From Candidatus Krumholzibacteriota bacterium (lineage in GTDB: Bacteria; Krumholzibacteriota; Krumholzibacteriia; JAJRXK01), in the NCBI GenBank assembly GCA_963727455.1, contig CAVSGG010000008.1:352001-416000 (forward strand): DNA of 64,000 nucleotides, given 5' to 3'. The first letter of the stretch is position 1. Each line of letters begins with the position of its first letter. Below, piece by piece: positions 56,801-64,000 of the stretch. The notes beneath the pieces were generated by a model that saw nothing but the letters and a program-made list of their open reading frames with translations, did not search any database and was not told where the DNA came from. A program made the position numbers and the translations under genes.

Positions 56801-58246
56801 CTAGAACCAGCGGGAAATGACGACTTTCTTGTCGGTATAGAAATCGAAAGAATCGCGACCGTGACCTTTGAGGTCGCCGAAGAAGCTGCCCTTCGCGCCA
56901 CCGAAGCTGAAATAGGACATCGGCGCGGCGACCCCGATGTTGACGCCCGTCATGCTGGCATTCACCCGATATTTGAACTCGCGCGCCGCCTTGCCATCCT
57001 GGGTGAAGATGCTCGTCGCGTTCGCGAGCGGGTGCGCAGTCGCAATCTCGATGGCCTCCTGCAGGGTATCGACTCTGATCATGCTCAGGACCGGCCCGAA
57101 GATCTCCTCCTGGGCAATGACCATCTCACGGCCGACCTTGTCGAAAAGGGTCGGACCCACGAAGAAACCTCTCTCAGGGAGGTTCTTGCGGCCATCGGTC
57201 AGAAGTTCCGCACCCTCCTGGATTCCCTTCTCGATGTAGCCCAGAACTTTCTCCTTGTGCGCGGCCGAGATCACCGGACCCATGTCCGTGCCGTCCTTCA
57301 GCCCGTCGCCCATTTTCATGTTTGCGAGTTCTTTCACGAGCCCGTCCTTCACCCATTCCTGCGCCTCGCCCACGTTCAAGAGCACGCTCGCGGCCAGGCA
57401 GCGCTCGCCGGCGCAGCCGTAGGCCGAAGCAATGATCTGGGAGAGAGTCTCCTCGCGCTTGGCATCGGGCATGACGACCAGGAAATTCTTGGCTCCGCCG
57501 AGAGCCTGCACCCGCTTCCCGTTGGCTGCGGCTTCGCGATAGACGTACTGGGCGACGGGGCTGCTTCCCACGAAGGAGACCCCGGCCACTTGGGGATGGG
57601 AGACGATGCGATTCACCACGTCCTTGGCCCCGTTCACCAGGTTCAATACTCCCGGCGGGAACCCGACCTCGTCGATCAACTCGAAGAGCAGCTTCTGGCT
57701 GAGAGGCACCTGTTCGCTGGGCTTGCAGACGAAGGTGTTCCCACAGGCCACCGCGAAGGGATAGAACCACAGCGGCACCATCGCGGGGAAATTGAAGGGA
57801 GCGATGCAGGCGAAGACCCCCAGGGGCTGCCGCACCGCTTCGCAGTCGATGCCCGATGCGACATCTTCCAGACTCTGACCCATGAGCAGCGAGGGGGCGC
57901 CGGTCGCCACGTCCACGCACTCGATGCCGCGGCGGACGCTTCCCCGCGCCTCGGGCAGGGTCTTGCCGTGTTCACGTGTGAGGGTCGCCGCGATCTCCTC
58001 GAAGCGATCCTCCAGGAGCTGCTTGAATTTGAAGAGGTATTGGGTGCGCTGCGCGGGAGGCGTCGTGCGCCAGTCGGCGAAAGCCTTCTGAGCCGCCGAG
58101 ACTGCCCGGTCCACGTCCGAGGCTTTGGACAGGGGAACTTCCGCGAGGATCTCCTCGGTGGCCGGATTGCGTACCTTCAGGTACTCGCTTGCATCCGCCT
58201 CCACCCATTTTCCATCAATGTAATTCCGCAGCTTTTGCGCTGACAT
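56801..58246 (-). CDS. mmsA: CoA-acylating (methyl)malonate-semialdehyde dehydrogenase
   Basis: PFNFPAMVP, SFVGS, GGAKN, GCAGERC, EEIFGPV, SFGG.K.SFFGD. Confidence 0.9.
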   Translation of the reverse strand: MSAQKLRNYIDGKWVEADASEYLKVRNPATEEILAEVPLSKASDVDRAVSAAQKAFADWRTTPPAQRTQYLFKFKQLLEDRFEEIAATLTREHGKTLPEARGSVRRGIECVDVATGAPSLLMGQSLEDVASGIDCEAVRQPLGVFACIAPFNFPAMVPLWFYPFAVACGNTFVCKPSEQVPLSQKLLFELIDEVGFPPGVLNLVNGAKDVVNRIVSHPQVAGVSFVGSSPVAQYVYREAAANGKRVQALGGAKNFLVVMPDAKREETLSQIIASAYGCAGERCLAASVLLNVGEAQEWVKDGLVKELANMKMGDGLKDGTDMGPVISAAHKEKVLGYIEKGIQEGAELLTDGRKNLPERGFFVGPTLFDKVGREMVIAQEEIFGPVLSMIRVDTLQEAIEIATAHPLANATSIFTQDGKAAREFKYRVNASMTGVNIGVAAPMSYFSFGGAKGSFFGDLKGHGRDSFDFYTDKKVVISRWF

Positions 58247-58613
58247 TGCCGCCTCCAAGCTCAAACGACGATCTCTAAGGGGTAGCTATCAATCTACCAC
58301 AGGAGCCGGCTCGGGGGCACGCATGAATCTGTGCATCTCGAGTCCCCAGGATCTGCCGGGAAATTACCTGCGAGCCTCGCTTTCGTCCTTTCTCGATCTC
58401 CGGCCGGTAAAGGTGCCATGCGGGTAGCCGTCCCCTGGATGCAAAATGCGGACACCACCACACGTACGTTCGAGCTTCCCATTTCGTTACGAGGCCCGAT
58501 TAAACCCTCCCCAAACTTTTTGATGGGTCATGTTAGAATGACGCCGTCCCGAAAGACGTGGTTCCCACTCCACGTGAGTTCGTGCCCAGCAGAAAACCAA
58601 GGAGGACGTCTTC

Positions 58614-61046
58614 ATGAGGCGCTCGACATCTCCCCCGTGTCGGTTGTCACTCGCTCTCTTTCTGTCCCTTCTTCTTTTACCGTGCTGCCTCTTCGCGGCA
58701 ACGATCAACTCCATCGAAGTCCTTCAGCTTTCCTTCCAGGGCGAGGGCGCTTCGAGCCTCTTCGTCGCCTCTGAATACGCCGAATTCCACATCAGCTACG
58801 AAACAGGTCCGCTGCCTCAGTTCTTGAACGTCCAAGCAATGCTCCCCGGTTCGTTGGAGGATCCCGTGTGGATCGTGCGCAATCTCTACCTGCGCGAGGT
58901 CCCGACGGAGCCCCCGGTCGAGCAGCTCTCCCAACGGTTTTCTCTGGAGGAATTGGGGGTGAGCCCGGGAACTGAAGTTACGGAAATTCTCATTGGCTTC
59001 GCGCTGGACGACCAGCCGCTCCTCGACGTCGACTTCGTGGCCTGGTCCGCCGGCGTCGGAACCAACCTGCTGTTGCCGGTCGCGCCCAACACGGTTCGCT
59101 ATGGGCTATTCGACCTCGCGGTGAGTGCCGCAGTGCCCGCCGGCACGACGCCCTCTCACGGTACACACACCGCACCGGCCACTTCCGAAGTTTACTGCGC
59201 CTGGGGATGCCAGGTGCCCAACATCGATCTGGGCAGTGGAGGTACCGGTGGCCATCCCGAGGACTGGTTGGGCTGTGGTCCCGCCTCCTGTGCGAACAGC
59301 CTCCACTGGTTGAAGGACCACCCCCAGCCGGGTGATCCCGCCATCCAGTTCCCCTCCTCTCTGCGGGAGACCTACGGCCAGATGAGTCGTCTCATGAACC
59401 GTAACCCGCCCTACGGTGGTGTGTTCCCGCGCGAGATGGCGCGGGCGAAATTGGACTTCGCCGAGGCCCACGGGCTGCCCCTGCGCGTGAAGTACCAGTC
59501 GAATGCTCAGGGCGATACCGCTGACGTCAAGAGCAGCTCGGGCGAGTCCACCGCGAAACTCGAGAATGGAGCCTCGGGTCAGAAAATCACCAAGGCCTGG
59601 ATCGAGCAACAGGCCAAGGACGGCGAAGACGTCGAGCTCATGGTCCACTGGTGGTATACGGATGCGGGCGGAGTGGGGCACTGGGGCCCAGGCCACTTCG
59701 TCGTGCTCACCGGCATGGGAGAGACGGCGGGAAAGACCTGGCTGCGCTTCAAGGACGACAAGCGACAGGACTACGTCAATCCCGATTCACTACGCCACGG
59801 CAGCTCGGATCTGGTGCTCAAGGATGGCTATTATTACGTACCGGGCCTCAACAGAAGGGTGAACGAACCCCCCGGCTCCAGCAACTGGTACGACGGCAAG
59901 GCCATCGTGACCGGTGCGGTCGCGGAGAGCCCGGATGCGTCCGTCACCCCGCCGAGCGGCAGCGAGAGCTACGGACGCTACTGCCAGTCGGTCAAGCGTA
60001 CCATTCCCAAGGGAGGGAAGATCGAGGTCACTTATCCCAGCGACGGAAATCGCTGCTACAACTCGCAGCTGTATGTCCTTGATCGCACGCACAGTCCTCC
60101 GCAGAAGAAAATTGCGCGCGCTTGGAATTTCAATCGCGGGGAGAAGCGTGTCTACAGCAACCCCTATGACTATCCAGTCACCGTCGAACTCCACAACGAC
60201 GATCACGGGGGAGGCACCACACCCTATCCGAGCTTTGGGGTGAATCTTAAGGTCGTGCAGCCTTCGAGTTCGAAGTCGCCCGGAGACGATCCGAGTAACT
60301 GGGAAGAGTACGGAGGGTTCTCCCTCGGAGCGCACGACAGCCTCTGGGATGATTTCTCGCCTGTGGAACTGGGTACGATGGTGAACCTCGGTCCCATCGG
60401 GGACGGCTTCGCCCTGGACCAATTTCCCTCCCACCTGGGAGAGATGGCGGGAACCCAGGAACTCTGGGTCAATACGGACGTACTCGTTTGGAACCCCTAC
60501 TGGGAACATCTGGGGGTTCTCATCGCGGCGGGGGAGGTGAGTCAGCCGGGCGATCTTTTGGTCGAGTGCCCTTCCACTGGTAGCTCCGATGTCGTCCCCA
60601 TCACGGCGACCGGACGCTACGAACTGGATCTGGGTGCGATGCCCCCGCAGGCGCAGTTCCAGCTGCGGCTGGTGGCGCAAAACGGACTGGACATGCGGCT
60701 GGACTGTCTCGGGATCCCCTCGCTGGTGGAGGGAGTCCCAGTGTCCGCCCCAGCGGTCACCCGACCCAGCGCCGCATTTCTGGCCCACAACCACCCCAAT
60801 CCCTTCAACCCGAACACGACGATCCGTTACGGCGTCCCACGGGCAGGGCAGCTGAGCCTGATCGTGTACGACCTGCGTGGCCGCAGAGTGCGAACTCTGG
60901 TCGAGGGCTATCGGCCCGCGGGCAACTTCGAGGAAAGCTGGGATGGCCGGGACGAACGCGGACGGCCGGTGGTCTCGGGAACCTATGTCTACAAGCTGCG
61001 CACGGAGAGCGCAGTTCTCAGCCGCAAGATGAGCTTGGTGAGGTGA
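58614..61046 (+). CDS. Exported multidomain protein with a putative papain-like (C39-like) protease core and a C-terminal FlgD-Ig domain
   Basis: AGGAGG RBS, signal peptide, GCGPASCANSL, GHFVVLTG, tail NHPNPFNP..YDLRGRRVRTL..WDGRD..SGTY. Confidence 0.78.
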   Translation: MRRSTSPPCRLSLALFLSLLLLPCCLFAATINSIEVLQLSFQGEGASSLFVASEYAEFHISYETGPLPQFLNVQAMLPGSLEDPVWIVRNLYLREVPTEPPVEQLSQRFSLEELGVSPGTEVTEILIGFALDDQPLLDVDFVAWSAGVGTNLLLPVAPNTVRYGLFDLAVSAAVPAGTTPSHGTHTAPATSEVYCAWGCQVPNIDLGSGGTGGHPEDWLGCGPASCANSLHWLKDHPQPGDPAIQFPSSLRETYGQMSRLMNRNPPYGGVFPREMARAKLDFAEAHGLPLRVKYQSNAQGDTADVKSSSGESTAKLENGASGQKITKAWIEQQAKDGEDVELMVHWWYTDAGGVGHWGPGHFVVLTGMGETAGKTWLRFKDDKRQDYVNPDSLRHGSSDLVLKDGYYYVPGLNRRVNEPPGSSNWYDGKAIVTGAVAESPDASVTPPSGSESYGRYCQSVKRTIPKGGKIEVTYPSDGNRCYNSQLYVLDRTHSPPQKKIARAWNFNRGEKRVYSNPYDYPVTVELHNDDHGGGTTPYPSFGVNLKVVQPSSSKSPGDDPSNWEEYGGFSLGAHDSLWDDFSPVELGTMVNLGPIGDGFALDQFPSHLGEMAGTQELWVNTDVLVWNPYWEHLGVLIAAGEVSQPGDLLVECPSTGSSDVVPITATGRYELDLGAMPPQAQFQLRLVAQNGLDMRLDCLGIPSLVEGVPVSAPAVTRPSAAFLAHNHPNPFNPNTTIRYGVPRAGQLSLIVYDLRGRRVRTLVEGYRPAGNFEESWDGRDERGRPVVSGTYVYKLRTESAVLSRKMSLVR

Positions 61047-61055
61047 TCCTAGAGA

Positions 61056-61502
61056 TCAGAGCCCATTGGAGACGGTCAGCACCAAGCCATTTTTTCCGTA
61101 GCCCTGGATGGCGTAGCCGTCGGGAACACCAGCACTCAGGTGGGGAAGAAATCCCACTTGCCCCGGCTGCGCCGCAGCGCCGTCTCGAGGCTCGGTCCGC
61201 TGGTTGTTCCAGGGATTGACCAGCAGCTGTGAGCCGGGAAGAAAGTCGATGAGGGACCGGGAATCGGGCAGGGTGTCCGCGAGTTTGCTGGGGTAGACCC
61301 CGTTGTTTTGCGCCGCGAAATTTTCGGTCAGGATCTGCAGCGTATGGCAGTTGCTCTTGACCCTGGCTTCGCGAGCGTTGTCGCGGAAGTGTGTGAATAC
61401 GGGAATCGCGATGGCGGCGAGGATTCCGATGATCATTACCACGGTCATCAGTTCGATCAGAGTGAAACCAGATTCACTCTTCAGATTGCTTGGCTTTCGC
61501 AC
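61056..61502 (-). CDS. Type IV pilin / pseudopilin
   Basis: Prepilin cleavage-methylation motif G/FTLIELMTVVMIIGILAAIAIP; GGAGG RBS. Confidence 0.9.
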   Translation of the reverse strand: MRKPSNLKSESGFTLIELMTVVMIIGILAAIAIPVFTHFRDNAREARVKSNCHTLQILTENFAAQNNGVYPSKLADTLPDSRSLIDFLPGSQLLVNPWNNQRTEPRDGAAAQPGQVGFLPHLSAGVPDGYAIQGYGKNGLVLTVSNGL

Positions 61503-61554
61503 CGTCCCATCCTCCGGGCAACGAGCAGAAGGGAAATTCTAGACCTCGTTGCCC

Positions 61555-61569
61555 GCAGCATCCGTGCCA
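61555..61569 (-). promoter_or_regulatory. Sigma54 -24/-12 promoter of the pilin gene
   Basis: Minus strand TGGCACGGATGCTGC with canonical spacing, about 55 bp upstream of the pilin start. Confidence 0.7.
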
Positions 61570-61681
61570 CTCATTGGGGGGGTGCGAAAACTACGGTTTT
61601 TATCCACTTGTTCCTCGGAACTTCGCGCGCTTCCGCACCCCACGAGACTCTCCCTTGCAAGTTGTGCTCGGCGGAACCGCG

Positions 61682-62329
61682 TCAAGCCTTGCTGCGCAGC
61701 ATCGCCCTGGCCCATGCGTGCCGGTGCGGGGGCCCATCTCCATGACGATGCTCCTCCCCCAGAGCTTCCTCGTGGTGCAGCACTTGGTAGCCGCTGAAGA
61801 GCCGCGAGAGTTCCCCTGGCAGCAGGAAAGTGCGGCGGCTCCCCTCTGCGTCGAGGAAGCTGTTGCTGCCGTCGGAGGTCCATTCGGAGGCGATGCGCGC
61901 GTAGGATGGATCTGCGGTGGTAAACGCGCTCACCACCACAACACCTGAGGGGGCGAGCCATCCATCGACTCTCTGCCTCAAGAGCTGGAGATCGTGGCGC
62001 GAGAGAATGGGAATCAGTCCCAGGACGAGCACCGCTTGAAAGCTCGCCTCCTCGGCCACGAACTCCTGGAATGTGCCCGCGTGGACACCGATCTCGAGTC
62101 CCTCACGCGCTGCCAGCTCCTGCACCATCGCACGCGCGGGCTCGGAAGGCTCGATCCCCTCGACGCGAAATCCCCTGCGCGCCAGCCAGAGCGCGTTGCG
62201 CCCTTGCCCCATCCCCAAATCCAAAACGGAACACGCCGGTTCGAGCGCACCCAAATGGGCGAAAAGAAATTCATCCGGCTCCGCGCCGAAATAGCGATCA
62301 CTCGCCCTGTAAGCGGCATCGTAGGACAT
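61682..62329 (-). CDS. Class I SAM-dependent methyltransferase (TehB-like)
   Basis: VLDLGMGQGRNALWLARRGF motif I; C-terminal EEHRHG..H.H. Confidence 0.82.
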   Translation of the reverse strand: MSYDAAYRASDRYFGAEPDEFLFAHLGALEPACSVLDLGMGQGRNALWLARRGFRVEGIEPSEPARAMVQELAAREGLEIGVHAGTFQEFVAEEASFQAVLVLGLIPILSRHDLQLLRQRVDGWLAPSGVVVVSAFTTADPSYARIASEWTSDGSNSFLDAEGSRRTFLLPGELSRLFSGYQVLHHEEALGEEHRHGDGPPHRHAWARAMLRSKA

Positions 62330-62473
62330 CAGGTGCTCCCGGAATTCAAGGAGGTGTTTTAGTTCTGCCAGGGAACGCATTGACCATAGCAGATTCAGAG
62401 GCCATGATGCGCCAGAGCAGAGCGAGCACCCTGAGATCGAACGGAATCGCGCTTGCAACTGGACGGGGGAATC

Positions 62474-63823
62474 ATGGATCCGAAAAAGGCACTCCTGCAG
62501 ATCGTGATGGTTCTGATAGCGATCCTGGCCGGGATCGGCTTTCTCATTCTCAGGCAGAGAGTCCCTCCCGTCACGGCCCGTTTCGATCCACTTCCCGTCG
62601 CCCTGGGCAACTCCCAAGAGCTCACTCTGCAGCTCGACGCCGCCCGAGGCGGTGTGCGCTCGGTGCGAGTGGAACTCGTCCAGGCCGATCGTACGCTTCC
62701 GCTCTACGAGGCGAGTTTCGACTCCTCGGGTATCGATCAGCGCCGGCTCAGCTTCAAAGTGCAGCCAGGACTACAAAATGCGCGCGAGGGAGACAGCCGG
62801 CTGCAGGTCTACGCCAGCGACGGGTTCTGGCGCCTGAAGCCGGTGGACAAGAAGCCTGTTCTGAGCGTCCCGGTCGTGGTGGACCTGACTCCTCCCAAGT
62901 TGGAGATCCTCTCCTTCACGCGCTACGTCTCGCAGGGTGGGGCCGCGGTGGCCGTGCTCGGCAGCTCAGACGCAGAGAACATCGGGGTCGAAATCCAAGG
63001 CCATTTCTATCCCGCGAGCCCGGCTGGTGATCCGGCCAAGGGACTCCACGTATGCTTCTTCGCGATCCCCTACGACCAACCCCCCGATGAGAGCCCGGTG
63101 GCGGTGAGCGTGGACGCGGCGGGCAACCGCACCACGAGAATCCTCTCCACCGTGATCGCGAAGCGCGAATTCAAGCACGGAAGTGTCACCCTGAAGCGAG
63201 AGTTTCTTGCCTCCAAGCTACCCGAACTCTTGCCGCAGCGGGGAGAGATCGCGCCCGAGGATTACGGCGAGGCCTTCAAGTACGTCAGTACCGTCCTGCG
63301 CGCGAAGGCCGAAAACACCATGCGTCAGTTGGCAAAGCAGACCGCGCAGCATCCCCTTTGGAAGGGCGCCTTCTTGCAGCCTCCGAACACGCGCGTGTTC
63401 TCCAATTTCGATGAGACGCGCGACTACTCCTACGACGGGGTCGCGCTGGATACCAAGGTACACGCCGGTTTTGATCTGGCTTCGGTAAAACGAGCTCCCG
63501 TGCCCGCCGCGGCATCCGGACACGTTCTCTTCGCAGATGACCTCGGCATCTACGGCAACACGATCCTCATCGATCACGGCCTAGGACTTCAGACAGCCTA
63601 CAGCCATCTCTCGGAAATGAGCGTCTCTGTGGGGCAGGAGGTGGAGCGTGGTGAAACGATCGGCCGCACCGGTACCACGGGACTCGCCGTCGGCGACCAT
63701 CTACACTACGAGGTCCTCGTCGGAGGAACCCCGGTCAATCCGCTGCAATGGTGGGACGCGAAGTGGATCGACGGGAAGGTCAGAAAGGTGCTCGAAGAGG
63801 GTGGATTGGAGCTGGGAATCTGA
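62474..63823 (+). CDS. M23-family metallopeptidase, membrane-anchored
   Basis: N-terminal TM; HAGFD (HxxxD), YGN..IDHG, YSHL, HLH. Confidence 0.9.
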   Translation: MDPKKALLQIVMVLIAILAGIGFLILRQRVPPVTARFDPLPVALGNSQELTLQLDAARGGVRSVRVELVQADRTLPLYEASFDSSGIDQRRLSFKVQPGLQNAREGDSRLQVYASDGFWRLKPVDKKPVLSVPVVVDLTPPKLEILSFTRYVSQGGAAVAVLGSSDAENIGVEIQGHFYPASPAGDPAKGLHVCFFAIPYDQPPDESPVAVSVDAAGNRTTRILSTVIAKREFKHGSVTLKREFLASKLPELLPQRGEIAPEDYGEAFKYVSTVLRAKAENTMRQLAKQTAQHPLWKGAFLQPPNTRVFSNFDETRDYSYDGVALDTKVHAGFDLASVKRAPVPAAASGHVLFADDLGIYGNTILIDHGLGLQTAYSHLSEMSVSVGQEVERGETIGRTGTTGLAVGDHLHYEVLVGGTPVNPLQWWDAKWIDGKVRKVLEEGGLELGI

Positions 63824-63955
63824 GCGAAACGCCCCTCGTTTCGCCCTGCAGCCGCGCCTTTTAAATCGCGAAAAAAACTTGCCTTCTGCCCCTCCACTAC
63901 CTTCTTTCAGGCCAAGATTCCCCCTTGGCTTAGGGTCGCATTTGGAGGATATGAC

Positions 63956-64000
63956 ATGCCTGCGACAGTAGATCAGGACCTGTGTGAGGGTTGCGAAGAT
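63956..64000 (+). CDS. 4Fe-4S ferredoxin, N-terminal fragment at the window edge
   Basis: GGAGG RBS; MPATVDQDLCEGCED begins a CxxCxxC motif. Confidence 0.7.
   Translation, partial: MPATVDQDLCEGCED

Noticed and set aside
1-64000. CRISPR arrays, IS elements, integrases, prophage genes
   Set aside because: No regularly spaced repeats, transposase or integrase motifs, or compositionally foreign segments were seen by eye.

Overview
High-GC bacterial chromosomal segment with about 47 CDSs and no tRNA, rRNA, CRISPR, IS or phage signal. Secreted proteins ending in FlgD-Ig/T9SS-like domains and an 'SWGxxK' C-terminal tag suggest an FCB-group candidate lineage such as Krumholzibacteriota, Eisenbacteria or Latescibacterota (inference). 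Content is mostly catabolic and housekeeping: AtuA-like protein, peptidases (M20, prolidase, gingipain-type C25, proline iminopeptidase-like, CPBP, M23), methylcrotonyl-CoA carboxylase beta, a TetR/FadR-fadN-fadA-fadE beta-oxidation locus with visible operators, fused 2-oxoacid dehydrogenase E1, a pentaheme cytochrome c, trpS, addB-addA, a divergent transketolase, a complete 7-gene reductive pyrimidine degradation operon and a sigma54-promoter pilin. The most striking unexplained element is the 730-bp gap at 8037-8764. On the minus strand it holds a sigma54-type -24/-12 promoter with an IHF-like site and an upstream palindromic enhancer-like array. These are followed by about 390 nt of densely base-paired sequence with no credible protein ORF (two similar multi-way junctions with GGCGAG loops and a C-rich loop) ending in an intrinsic terminator. 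The element converges on a GAF-AAA+ sigma54 activator with an atypical C-terminus, making it a candidate undescribed sigma54-dependent ncRNA system. All calls come from reading the sequence; no searches or folding programs were run.
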